From the IMG/VR virus record IMGVR_UViG_3300045283_000172, positions 1-57,948 of that record: a stretch of DNA of 57,948 nt. One strand, 5' to 3'. Position 1 is the first letter of the stretch. Each line of letters opens with the position of its first letter. This DNA is from a virus. Its lineage: Duplodnaviria; Caudoviricetes. A model generated the notes under the pieces. The model saw nothing but the letters and a program-made list of their open reading frames with translations. It ran no database searches and was not told the origin of the DNA. Positions 18,043-28,083 of this stretch are shown here, one piece after another. The position numbers were made by a program, and so were the translations under genes.

Positions 18043-18713
18043 TGGCAACATACATAACACGTTACTGGGCAGCACAAGATTTACAGTCTGTTTCTTTATT
18101 ACAAAATGTAGCTTCAGCTGGAGCTCTCTTACTAAATGGGACTTATTTTAATGCTTCTAGCAGTACTATTAATTTTACTAATCAAGGTTTCACTAGAAAT
18201 GTCAGTCTTACTTCAGTAAATGATTTAAGTGCTGCTTCATTTACAATATCTGGAGTACAGAATAACACTGTAGTTTCTAATACCATTGCGGGCCCAAATA
18301 ATAATACCGTTTATAGTACAGATTGTTTCGATATCGTTTCTTCAATTACGGTAAATATGGCAGTAAATGGAGTAAAAGCAGGTACAGGTTTAGTAGGGTT
18401 TTTTCCTCTTATTAATAGAATTGTGCCTAATAGTTTTTCTGTAGTCTCACCTCTTAGTAGGTATTCTTTAGCTTTTACTACAGAAGTATCAAACGGTTGC
18501 ACATACCAATTGTATCAATCTCTTAGTGATTTAGGCGGTAATGGGGAAACATACATGGCCTTAGTAGCTGATTCATCATTTATATCTACAGGTGGGCCAT
18601 ATGTTAACTTAACTCAGATATTACAATTTGATGATATTTGTGCTGATATATTAATAAAAGTTACCCCGGCGCTCGGATCATCTACGTTAACAATGGAATT
18701 TTTACAATTTTAA
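18042..18713 (+). CDS. Virion structural protein, paralog 3 of 3
   Basis: LLLNGT, RNVSLTS, GPNNNTVYS, GTGLVGFF. Confidence 0.7.
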   Translation: MATYITRYWAAQDLQSVSLLQNVASAGALLLNGTYFNASSSTINFTNQGFTRNVSLTSVNDLSAASFTISGVQNNTVVSNTIAGPNNNTVYSTDCFDIVSSITVNMAVNGVKAGTGLVGFFPLINRIVPNSFSVVSPLSRYSLAFTTEVSNGCTYQLYQSLSDLGGNGETYMALVADSSFISTGGPYVNLTQILQFDDICADILIKVTPALGSSTLTMEFLQF

Positions 18714-18725
18714 GAGGAAAAATAT

Positions 18726-18959
18726 ATGGCGTTAAATAGAGGCTTGAAAGATATTATGCGTAAAGAGCCTGCTAAAAATGGACAATGGATTAGCGGCGCA
18801 ATTAAAAATAAAGGTGCTCTACATAGAGAATTAGGAGTTCCCGCAGATAAAAAAATCCCTGAAAAGAAACTTGAAAAAGCTGCTCATTCTAAAAGTCCTA
18901 CTTTAAAAAGAAGGGCTATACTAGCTGAAACACTAAAAAGTTTTAAACATAAAAAATAA
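18726..18959 (+). CDS. Small basic phage protein
   Basis: WISGAIK..GALH..LGVP..KKIP..KL..AA; good RBS. Confidence 0.75.
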   Translation: MALNRGLKDIMRKEPAKNGQWISGAIKNKGALHRELGVPADKKIPEKKLEKAAHSKSPTLKRRAILAETLKSFKHKK

Positions 18960-18977
18960 CAAAATGAGTACATTCGA

Positions 18978-20090
18978 ATGCTTCCCACTTCTGAATCTTA
19001 CGATTTTCAATCAGTACAAGTAGAAATACTTATAAGAGAAGCATTCGAACGTCTAGGAATAACAGGAGAATTAGTAAGCGCTTTACAATTACAATCAGCT
19101 ATAAGAAGTATAAATTTAATACTTTTGGAATGGATGGGTAAAACTACTAATCTCTGGACTCTTCAAAATGATTTTATACCTTTATTTCCTGCTCAAGGAA
19201 AATATATTCTTCCTCAAAAGTTACTTGATATAGTACAAGTTAATCTACGCTCTTCTACTCGCCAATTAAGCCCACTTAATATTGGGATTGCTCAAAGTAA
19301 CACAGGAGATACTTATGATGATGCAGGAGGTGGAGATGCTGATAATGTTTATGATGCAGACATTACAACTGGATGTACTCAGGATGCCATTGATGGTAAT
19401 ATTTCTTATGATTTTGGAATTTCTAATCCTGGACCTAATCAAGTAATTAATACAGCGACTATTACCTTTATAGGTATTCAATCTAATGTAACTAGAGATT
19501 ATCATTTAATTATAGAACAATGTCAAAGTAATAATGACCCAGATGACGAGGATGCATGGGAACGTCTTATGGAGATTCAAGACTTTTCTTATCCTGCAGG
19601 TGTTACCCAATGGTTTGATATAATAGCTCCAGTTGAAGCACGAGCTTATAGAATTCGTGAAGTAGGAGGTGCTATATTAGATATAAGACAAATATTTAAC
19701 AACAATAATGTATTTGATTTTAATATTTCAAATGTAAGTAGGTATGAATATAATACATATCCTAATAAAAACTTACAAAGTAGGCCTAGTATATATTATT
19801 TAGATAGATTGCTTGAGCCTACTCTTTGTATCTGGCCTACGCCTGCTCCACAATATAATTGTTTATCATATTCTTACAAAGAAATGATGGATGATGTAGA
19901 CTCACTCACTGATACAGTTTCAATTCCTGCTAAAATGTATCCTGCCTTAATTTGGGGATTAACTTATCAATTGGCTTTGAAATTCAATCCTCAACTTGCG
20001 GAAATGGCAGAAGCTAAATATGAGAGAGCTTTTGATATAGCTACTAAAGAAGATACTGAAGATACAATAATAAGTATTAGAGGTAGTTAA
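18978..20090 (+). CDS. Head-tail adaptor-like protein with inserted beta-sandwich domain
   Basis: IREAFERLG, RSINLILLEW, NLWT, YPNK..QSRP..YY, WPTP, GLTYQLA. Confidence 0.65.
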   Translation: MLPTSESYDFQSVQVEILIREAFERLGITGELVSALQLQSAIRSINLILLEWMGKTTNLWTLQNDFIPLFPAQGKYILPQKLLDIVQVNLRSSTRQLSPLNIGIAQSNTGDTYDDAGGGDADNVYDADITTGCTQDAIDGNISYDFGISNPGPNQVINTATITFIGIQSNVTRDYHLIIEQCQSNNDPDDEDAWERLMEIQDFSYPAGVTQWFDIIAPVEARAYRIREVGGAILDIRQIFNNNNVFDFNISNVSRYEYNTYPNKNLQSRPSIYYLDRLLEPTLCIWPTPAPQYNCLSYSYKEMMDDVDSLTDTVSIPAKMYPALIWGLTYQLALKFNPQLAEMAEAKYERAFDIATKEDTEDTIISIRGS

Positions 20091-20093
20091 TTT

Positions 20094-20570
20094 ATGAGCT
20101 GGGTAGCTAGATGGAAAGGTAAACATGTAAATATAGATCCTGAAAACCCACAAGCATTAGGCGAATGTGATCAAAGTGGCTTTACATTCAATCGTAAAGA
20201 TTTACATAAACAGATGGAGTGGAGAGGCAATAACCTTGTATGGACAGGGTTATTAGTAGGTAAACCTTATCTTGATACTCCTAATGAGCAATTACGTCCA
20301 CCTCTAGTAAAGAGTGATCCTAACGCTATAGTTAACCCAAGACCTCCAACACCATATACAGATCCTGAATATCCTGTCGCAGGTACAGCTGCTCAAATTA
20401 TAGAGGAATTGGAAACTGAAAGTTTTTATGATGATAATAACCCTCCTTACGGGCCTCCTAATTACGTACTTCCTTATTCCAATACTCCAACCCCTGGGTG
20501 GCAGGATCCTGACCCTGCACCACCTTACAATATCCTTTTATCTCAATTAAGAAAGGTTAATTTTCAATGA
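20094..20570 (+). CDS. Structural-module hypothetical protein
   Basis: ALGECDQSGF..EW.G..V..D.P..DP...NPRP pattern. Confidence 0.7.
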   Translation: MSWVARWKGKHVNIDPENPQALGECDQSGFTFNRKDLHKQMEWRGNNLVWTGLLVGKPYLDTPNEQLRPPLVKSDPNAIVNPRPPTPYTDPEYPVAGTAAQIIEELETESFYDDNNPPYGPPNYVLPYSNTPTPGWQDPDPAPPYNILLSQLRKVNFQ

Positions 20571-21769
20571 GTGATGCAAATACTATTAGAGTATTAGAGT
20601 TTGATGGTGGAGGAGAAAGAGGTTATTTATCCAACACATTTTTCAATAGATTTGTCGAGGAGTGGGGAGTTGATCCAACTACATTATCTGATCAGTTTAA
20701 TGTTATTTGTGGTACTTCAGTAGGCGGCATAATGGCCTTAGCTTATGCTATAGGTAAGACTCCTGCTGACTTAATGCCATTTTTTACTACACAAGGGCCA
20801 TTACTTTTTACACTCGGAAGTAATATATTTCCTCCCGTAGTAACACTCCCTATTGTGCCGTCTATTAGGCCAAATTCTGTAGAGAAAGCAGCTTTAATTA
20901 TAGCCAATATTCCTTTTTATAACTCTTCAGGGACTTATGCAAATGCTTATGGGTCTGGATTACTTAGAAGTTTAGTTGAAGTATTGTTTGGTGATATGAC
21001 CATGCAGGATGTTAGAACTAACGTCATTATCCCTACTTTTGATTATACTACAAAGACATTTATATTATGTTCTAATATAGATAATCCCGCATTTAGTGCG
21101 CAAGATGAATTGCTAAGTAATGTAGCATTAGCGACTTCTGCCGCTCCCGTCTATTTACCTCCAATTACTTTAGTAAATCCATTAACTACTATGCTAAATG
21201 GTGTTTTCTTTGACGGAGGGATATATCAGAATAATCCTTCTTTGTTTGGGCTTTCTATCGGGAAGATGAAAAAACCAAACGCCAACAGGGCTTGTATCTT
21301 ATCATTAAGTACGGGAACGGGAGAATATGGTTTTGATAATGATCCATTGATGATGAATCCAATGGCACTTGAGAGGGATAAAAAGAAATATTCATCTAGT
21401 ACTACACTTAAGATGGTATTACAAAAACTAGGTAAACCAGTTCATAATTTGAATAAGTTACAAAACAAAATGCTTGAAGTTCAGGTAGGAGATATATCGT
21501 TTGATACTATCAAATTCTTATTTGAATTATTTAGCATAGCTTCTACAGGTGCACAGGATTCAGCTGATGAAGTATTATATCTAGATTCCACTTATACATT
21601 GGATCAAACTTATTATTATAGATTTGCACCAGCTTTAGATCTTACTCTTGATCCTGCATTAGATAATACTTCCCCTGAAATCTTAACTTATTACGAGGAT
21701 TTAGCTAACGAAACTTATAACGATGATGCACAAAATATAGCAACATTTTTAGGGCATTTAACAGCATGA
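20567..21769 (+). CDS. Patatin-like phospholipase
   Basis: DGGGERG oxyanion motif, GTSVG nucleophile, ATSAAP, DGG..NNP, LSLSTG. Confidence 0.95.
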   Translation: MSDANTIRVLEFDGGGERGYLSNTFFNRFVEEWGVDPTTLSDQFNVICGTSVGGIMALAYAIGKTPADLMPFFTTQGPLLFTLGSNIFPPVVTLPIVPSIRPNSVEKAALIIANIPFYNSSGTYANAYGSGLLRSLVEVLFGDMTMQDVRTNVIIPTFDYTTKTFILCSNIDNPAFSAQDELLSNVALATSAAPVYLPPITLVNPLTTMLNGVFFDGGIYQNNPSLFGLSIGKMKKPNANRACILSLSTGTGEYGFDNDPLMMNPMALERDKKKYSSSTTLKMVLQKLGKPVHNLNKLQNKMLEVQVGDISFDTIKFLFELFSIASTGAQDSADEVLYLDSTYTLDQTYYYRFAPALDLTLDPALDNTSPEILTYYEDLANETYNDDAQNIATFLGHLTA

Positions 21770-24700
21770 GTTGTTGCGATAATGGTTTTGACCTCTTACA
21801 CAGTTTCATCTCACCTATTACGGGAAGAGTGTTATGTGATTTTAACTATGTTCTAGTTGGAAATAAACAAGGAATAGCCATACCATCCCCCATTCTTATA
21901 GACGTTAGACTTGATCTTATCGCTCTTAGAAAAAGATATAATTCATTAGTTAAAGGCGATATTGTCATAGGTCACCCTAATAATGAATTACCAAACGCTC
22001 AAGTACTATATGAGCTAGACAATGGGTATCTATATACTACTGATGGTATATTGAGTACCAACACTTTGATACCTATTGGGGATTTACCAGATTTACCTTA
22101 TCAGAATATATGGATAGGAGATATTACTAATAGACCTGTCCCAAGGCAAAGAGTAGGTCTTGAAAATCTACCTAGTTTTATATTAAATCCAATACTTGAA
22201 TCTAATCGCATAAAAAATCTAGGTATCTATAATTTATATAGAGGTAAAACTGTAGAACTTCTATCACCTTTACAGGTTGCGGATCCTGAAACAACATTAC
22301 GCATAGATATGAGTAATATGCCTAATTTGAAAATAGGCAAAATGTGGTTAGGAGTTAAAAATATTATCCCTCCTATATATGTTGATGGTATATCCCCTTA
22401 TATTCACATTACTGGCAATCTAAACTGGGATCCCAGAGGAGTAGATAATGATGTATATGGAGTACCAAATGAAGTAGGCTTAGATCCAGGTTATATGTTT
22501 ATTGGAGATATGACACAAGGTAAGGAAGGTCAAATAACTACTACGAATGCACTTCCAAGTACAGCTTTACCTGCTCTTCCTTATATGAATTTATGGATGG
22601 GGGATGCTAATAATAGGCCTCAAGCGGTAATGCGAATAAATATTACAAATTTTCCTCCTCTTGGATCGCATCCTATATATGGAGGGAAAATATGGAGAGG
22701 TACTGCAACTAATCAAGCAGAAGTATCTGATGACTTAGGTAAATTAGAAAATTCATTTTTTATATATAAAACTTTTACAGCTCCCTTAGAAGTAGAAGCA
22801 GCAATTGCGCTTGCCACACCGGGAATACTTGCCGCCGCTCTTGCGGCAACAGCTTCAGCAATAGTAGCAGCAACGCCTGCAATAATAGCTGCATCAGTAG
22901 TAGCAGCTAGTACCGCAATATTACCTATAGCTACAGGTTATACTGACGGTAAGATATTAGCGTTAAGGTTAAACAATATTACTTCTGATGCAGATGTATC
23001 TATTCATAACTTTAAAATTATTAATCTTGCTAATCCTGTTAATCCTTTAGATGCTGTTAATTTACAAACATTAACAGCAGCAATATCTGCTGGTGCGATA
23101 TCTTCAGTTGTAGGTACAGCAAATCAAATTACTGCAAATACCGTAGCAGGTGTAGTAACATTATCCCTACCTGCCTCTGTTATCATAACTACTTCGTTAA
23201 ATGTAGGTAATTTGAGATTAAACGGCAATACATTTTCTAGTACTGATACTAATGGAGATATTATCATTAGCCCAGATGGGATTGGTAATATTGATGTTGA
23301 TATCCATAGGATAACTAATCTTGTTGATCCTCTTAACCCACTTGATGCTGTCAATCTACAATATTTAGATGCAGCAATAGCTGCTAGTACTGTAGGATCG
23401 GTTGTAGGTACAGCAAACCAAATAACCGCAAATACGGTAGCTGGAGTGGTTACATTATCGCTACCTGCTGATGTTATCATAGCTACTTCGTTAAATGTCA
23501 GTACGATGGAGCTATTCAATAATACTTTATTTACTACTAATACTAACGCTGATCTTTTGCTTTCACCTAATGGAACAGGTAATGTTGATGTCACTAATAG
23601 TAGAATAATTAACCTTTCAGATCCAATTAACCCACTTGATGCAGTTAACTTGCAATACATGGATACGGCTATCGCTGCAAGTACCGTAGCATCTGTTCTT
23701 GGAACTGCAAACCAGATAACTGCAAATACAGTAGCAGGCGTAGTAACATTATCGCTACCTAGTGATGTAATTATAACTACCTCACTAAATGTGGATACTA
23801 TGGAGTTATTAAATAATACTTTATATACCACTAATATTAATTCGGATCTTACTCTTTCACCTAATGGAACTGGAAGGGTAAATGTTGATAATAGTAGGAT
23901 AATGAATCTTGCTGATCCAATTAATTCACTTGATGCAGTTAACTTACAATATCTGACCACGACTTTAGCTAACGATACTATTCATTCAGTTGTAGGTACA
24001 GCCAATCAAATAACTGCAAGTACTGTATTACGTGTAGTAACATTATCATTACCATCGGCAGTAATAATAACTACCTCATTGGCTGCAGGTAATTTAAAAT
24101 TACTAGCTAACACATTATCTAGTACAAATACTAACGGTAATATTGTACTAGATCCTAATGGTACAGGTAATGTTGATGTTAATAATCATAGGATTCTTAA
24201 TTTATCTGATCCTATAGGGGTATTAGATGCTGTTAACTATCAAAGTATGACAGCTTTAACTAATAGAACACTTGACTTGCTACCACTGGCCGCTGCGAAT
24301 GTTAACATTAATAACCACAGACTTACCAATGTTTCTGATCCAGTAGGGGTATTGGATGCTGTTAATTTACAATATCTAACTGCAACAATAGCTGCAAGTA
24401 GTATTGCCTCAGTAACCGGAACAGCCAATCAAATAACAGCAAGTACGGTATCAGGTGCGGTTACTTTATCTCTACCGTCTAGCGTTATAATAACAACTGC
24501 TGTAACAGCTGGTAATTTAGAATTAACTGGGAATACATTACAAAGTAATAACGCTAATGGGGCAATAAATGTAGTCCCTAATGGTAGTGGTAATATATTA
24601 TTAACACCTGGTACAGGATTTGTAGGGATTGGAGGTACGCCATCTTTCATACTTGATGTATTTGGTACTACTAGAGTTAGTCGGCTTTTAGGTAGGACTG

Positions 24701-25032
24701 CGTTTGGTAGTACTGCTATTGGTACTAATACTATTGTTGGTACAGGTAATTCATTTACTGTCGTGGGTTCAGAGAGCGCAGGTATTTTTACTTTAAATAC
24801 AGGTACAGGTATAACTGTAACTGGTGTAATTATAACTTTCACTTTCGCTACTAGTATGCCTAATTCTAACTATGCTGTATCTTTAACACCTACTAGTGCA
24901 ACTGCGGCAGGCGTAGGAGGTATGTATATAATTGTAAGTAGTTTGAATGCCTTTAGCATTAGAAGTACAACTTTATTAACTGCTTCCACTACTTATCAAT
25001 GGAGGTTTACTGTAATTGGAAATTTACCGTAA
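21766..25032 (+). CDS. Long tail fibre/adhesin with YadA-neck-like repeats
   Basis: Six IxNLxDPxxxxDAVNxQ-type motifs in roughly 100 aa repeats; N-terminal LPxLxxxxxWxG repeats. Confidence 0.8.
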   Translation: MSCCDNGFDLLHSFISPITGRVLCDFNYVLVGNKQGIAIPSPILIDVRLDLIALRKRYNSLVKGDIVIGHPNNELPNAQVLYELDNGYLYTTDGILSTNTLIPIGDLPDLPYQNIWIGDITNRPVPRQRVGLENLPSFILNPILESNRIKNLGIYNLYRGKTVELLSPLQVADPETTLRIDMSNMPNLKIGKMWLGVKNIIPPIYVDGISPYIHITGNLNWDPRGVDNDVYGVPNEVGLDPGYMFIGDMTQGKEGQITTTNALPSTALPALPYMNLWMGDANNRPQAVMRINITNFPPLGSHPIYGGKIWRGTATNQAEVSDDLGKLENSFFIYKTFTAPLEVEAAIALATPGILAAALAATASAIVAATPAIIAASVVAASTAILPIATGYTDGKILALRLNNITSDADVSIHNFKIINLANPVNPLDAVNLQTLTAAISAGAISSVVGTANQITANTVAGVVTLSLPASVIITTSLNVGNLRLNGNTFSSTDTNGDIIISPDGIGNIDVDIHRITNLVDPLNPLDAVNLQYLDAAIAASTVGSVVGTANQITANTVAGVVTLSLPADVIIATSLNVSTMELFNNTLFTTNTNADLLLSPNGTGNVDVTNSRIINLSDPINPLDAVNLQYMDTAIAASTVASVLGTANQITANTVAGVVTLSLPSDVIITTSLNVDTMELLNNTLYTTNINSDLTLSPNGTGRVNVDNSRIMNLADPINSLDAVNLQYLTTTLANDTIHSVVGTANQITASTVLRVVTLSLPSAVIITTSLAAGNLKLLANTLSSTNTNGNIVLDPNGTGNVDVNNHRILNLSDPIGVLDAVNYQSMTALTNRTLDLLPLAAANVNINNHRLTNVSDPVGVLDAVNLQYLTATIAASSIASVTGTANQITASTVSGAVTLSLPSSVIITTAVTAGNLELTGNTLQSNNANGAINVVPNGSGNILLTPGTGFVGIGGTPSFILDVFGTTRVSRLLGRTAFGSTAIGTNTIVGTGNSFTVVGSESAGIFTLNTGTGITVTGVIITFTFATSMPNSNYAVSLTPTSATAAGVGGMYIIVSSLNAFSIRSTTLLTASTTYQWRFTVIGNLP

Positions 25033-25064
25033 TTGGAAATTAAACTTTATAAAATGAATAAATC

Positions 25065-25073
25065 TGATATAAT
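25065..25073 (+). promoter_or_regulatory. Extended -10 promoter element (second copy at 26213-26221)
   Basis: TGATATAAT preceded by TTTATAAA in both intergenic gaps. Confidence 0.45.
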
Positions 25074-25101
25074 TTAGGAATTATTTAATGTAGGTGTAAT
25101 A

Positions 25102-25392
25102 ATGAATATCCAAGAAAGAATAGACGAAACTAAAAATAGAATGAAGTTAATGAATAGTGTAACTATTGATTGGCAATATGCTCAGCAACTTCTACTTGAA
25201 CTTTTCCCTATTATAAGGAAAGAGGCAATAGATCCTAAAACAATTCAAATAGAATATCATACTCTTTTTAATTTATTCTCTAGTATAGAGAATCATGTTA
25301 AAGGGCTAAAAGAAATGATACCTTTTAATGCTAACGAAGAAGCAAAAGGTATTCAAACAATCAATGGCACCTCAGGAGAAATAGATCAATAA
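25102..25392 (+). CDS. Hypothetical protein
   Basis: 96 aa ORF with AGGTG RBS. Confidence 0.7.
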   Translation: MNIQERIDETKNRMKLMNSVTIDWQYAQQLLLELFPIIRKEAIDPKTIQIEYHTLFNLFSSIENHVKGLKEMIPFNANEEAKGIQTINGTSGEIDQ

Positions 25393-26160
25393 ATGGGCAC
25401 ATTTATAACCCCTTATAGCCCAATATTTAAGGATTTAAATAATACAATAACCACTATAGCTCTAGCCGATACTAATGTTTTACTTATTAACTCAATAAAT
25501 ATAACTAATATAGGACCGGCTCCTATTAGATTTAATCTGATTAAATCTAGAACTGAGGGTATCACTAAGAGATTTTGTTATGGTGCTACTACAGCTGATT
25601 TGCCTACTATTATTTATAATAATGGTTCAGCAGGTGTAGGAGCTACTATTACTAATAATTCAGTTACATTAACTGCGTTCTCTATTGATGGTTTATTTCC
25701 TGTTGTTAATTCCAGAATCTTAGTAAAAAACCAAGCTACTACTTACCAAAACGGCATTTACACTCTTACGACTGTAGGTAGTAATTCTATACCATGGGTT
25801 TTAACTAGAGCTACTGACTATAATAAGGTTCCCCAAATAAATAGTGGTGACTTAATATACATAACAAATGGCACATTAAATGGTACGCTAACCTTCAAAG
25901 AGACAGCGACCATTACGGCAATAGGTACAAGTCCTATTATTTTTATAAAAAATATCCCTTCAGAAATAGCATTAATTAACGAACTTGAGATCAAACCTTA
26001 TGTTAATGTTAATGTAATTTGTAGTACAGGTATACTAACTCTAGAATATAATCCCAGACCTTTTACAAGCGATAAATTGGTTTGTTTTTCTAATGGTTAC
26101 ACTCAATTATTCAATTGTAATGTAGAAATTATACAATTGAATGAATTACCCATACCTTAA
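25393..26160 (+). CDS. Tail-fibre-related protein
   Basis: RILVKNQ....NGIY...WVLTRATD fibre domain. Confidence 0.7.
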   Translation: MGTFITPYSPIFKDLNNTITTIALADTNVLLINSINITNIGPAPIRFNLIKSRTEGITKRFCYGATTADLPTIIYNNGSAGVGATITNNSVTLTAFSIDGLFPVVNSRILVKNQATTYQNGIYTLTTVGSNSIPWVLTRATDYNKVPQINSGDLIYITNGTLNGTLTFKETATITAIGTSPIIFIKNIPSEIALINELEIKPYVNVNVICSTGILTLEYNPRPFTSDKLVCFSNGYTQLFNCNVEIIQLNELPIP

Positions 26161-26250
26161 GTAGCAATAGTTAACTTAAGTAAAATTATTAATCTTTTAT
26201 AAATTAGTTTCGTGATATAATACTCTTTTGATATTTAAAGAGTATTATAC

Positions 26251-27108
26251 ATGTCTAAAGACGATTTTTTCGGCCCTACTACAAGATTTAGTGGTTTAGC
26301 TTTTGATATAGAGGGTACAGGTAGTTTTGGCCCTATATATCCACCCAATTTAACTACTGATCAAAGAGATCAAATAGCTGTCACTACTTATCTGCCTGGA
26401 GCTATAGTATTTAATACAAATACTGAAGAGCTCGAGACCTACTCAGCAGCCGGTTTTTGGTTACCTATTCTTACAGCTGAAAGTGATATTGATGTAACTA
26501 CAATAACAGCTGAGACTGGTGATTTTGATGTTATTAACAGTACTACTATTAATAATGCTGGTGCTATCAATACAAATATTATTACAGCTGCCGGTATTAT
26601 CGAAGGATCAGCAGTAGAAGCAGGTGCTCTATTTGCAGAAAATTCCATTACGACATCCAATGTCGGAAACATCACTACCCCTACCTTATTTATTACTGAC
26701 GTTGCTTTCATTGAAAACGGCGTAATACAAACAGCTTTAGCAGGTGGTACAGGTAATGATAATAATTCACCTATAGTAGGTACTCCAGGAACTGGATCAG
26801 GTACAGGTGCTGTGTGTGTCATAACAGGTTCGCTGACTAGTGGTGTTATTCAAATAACCACTGGAACTAGTCCATCGGCTTCAGCTATTATTAGTACATT
26901 TGATTTCCCAGTTGGGCTAACTGCTTATTTTAACGGGACATTTGCTGTTATTGTGACTGCCGCCAATACAGAAGCCGCTGGTATTTCAACATATACTTCA
27001 TCTAATACTACTCCTTTTTTCGCACTAGGATTAGCTACTGGTTCAACATTAGTAGCAAGTACCCTTTATAGATGGAATTACCACATTATCGGCACAATGT
27101 TAAATTAA
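26251..27108 (+). CDS. Fibre/spike protein, paralog A
   Basis: PNLTTDQRD..GAIVFNT N-terminal motif; C-terminal domain resembles 21766-25032. Confidence 0.7.
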   Translation: MSKDDFFGPTTRFSGLAFDIEGTGSFGPIYPPNLTTDQRDQIAVTTYLPGAIVFNTNTEELETYSAAGFWLPILTAESDIDVTTITAETGDFDVINSTTINNAGAINTNIITAAGIIEGSAVEAGALFAENSITTSNVGNITTPTLFITDVAFIENGVIQTALAGGTGNDNNSPIVGTPGTGSGTGAVCVITGSLTSGVIQITTGTSPSASAIISTFDFPVGLTAYFNGTFAVIVTAANTEAAGISTYTSSNTTPFFALGLATGSTLVASTLYRWNYHIIGTMLN

Positions 27109-27143
27109 ACAAATAAATTAAATAACTTAAAAGAGTATTATAC

Positions 27144-28082
27144 ATGTCTAAAGACGATTTTTTCGGCCCTGTCACAAGATTAAGTGCATTAGCCTTTGAT
27201 ATAGAGGGTACAGGTAGTTTTGGCCCTATATATCCACCCAATTTAACTACTGATCAAAGAGATCAAATAGCTGTCACTACTTATCTGCCTGGAGCTATAG
27301 TATTTAATACAGACACAGAAGAACTAGAAACCTATTCAGCAGCTGGTTTTTGGTTAGCTATTCTGACCGAAGAAAGTGATATTAATGTAGATACAATAAC
27401 AGCTACTACAGGCGATTTTGATGTTATTAACTGTAACACCATTAATAATGCTCATACTATTCATACAACGGATTTAATTGCTTCTGGAGCTGTGGACGCA
27501 GCTAGCGGTGCGATTAGTGGTAATTTGGGTGTTAACGGTGTTCTGACAGCAGGTTCAATAGGTTCAATAGGAAATATAACAACAGATGGAAATATAACAG
27601 TTGTTGGGACAGCCATTCTTCCTAATGTATCATCCACCACTATGGATGTAAACGATTTCGAAGCTAATACAGCTAGAATTGACAGTTTACTATATGGTCA
27701 ATCATCAAATACAGGTGTCTCACCTATAACAGCTTCTTTAGATGTAGCAGCAGGTTCAGGTGCTAGTTACACTATGACAGGATCTAACTTAGGCGGAGTT
27801 TTTAGATTAGTTACAGGTACAAGCCCAGCAGCTGCCGGTAATGTTATTGCTACATTTACAATACCTTCCGGATTGTTACCTTATCTTAGTGCCAATTGGA
27901 GCGTCATATTGATGCCGGCATCTACGACTACAGCATTATATGAAACTACAAGCAATACTTATGTAACCGTAGGAGGCGCAGCAAGTAATCACTTTATAAT
28001 GGGTACATCTGCTCTACCGTTGATTGCATCTACAACTTATATTTGGAATTATATTTTAGTAGGAAATATATTAGGTACTTAA
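27144..28082 (+). CDS. Fibre/spike protein, paralog B
   Basis: First ~100 aa and RBS region nearly identical to paralog A. Confidence 0.7.
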   Translation: MSKDDFFGPVTRLSALAFDIEGTGSFGPIYPPNLTTDQRDQIAVTTYLPGAIVFNTDTEELETYSAAGFWLAILTEESDINVDTITATTGDFDVINCNTINNAHTIHTTDLIASGAVDAASGAISGNLGVNGVLTAGSIGSIGNITTDGNITVVGTAILPNVSSTTMDVNDFEANTARIDSLLYGQSSNTGVSPITASLDVAAGSGASYTMTGSNLGGVFRLVTGTSPAAAGNVIATFTIPSGLLPYLSANWSVILMPASTTTALYETTSNTYVTVGGAASNHFIMGTSALPLIASTTYIWNYILVGNILGT

Positions 28083-28083
28083 T

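Noticed and set aside
23124-24842. Long minus-strand ORFs (also 12088, 13777, 26439, 52458 and similar)
   Set aside because: Antisense shadows of low-complexity or repetitive real genes
21766-28082. Diversity-generating retroelement acting on fibre tips
   Set aside because: No reverse transcriptase motif and no repeat pair differing only at adenines
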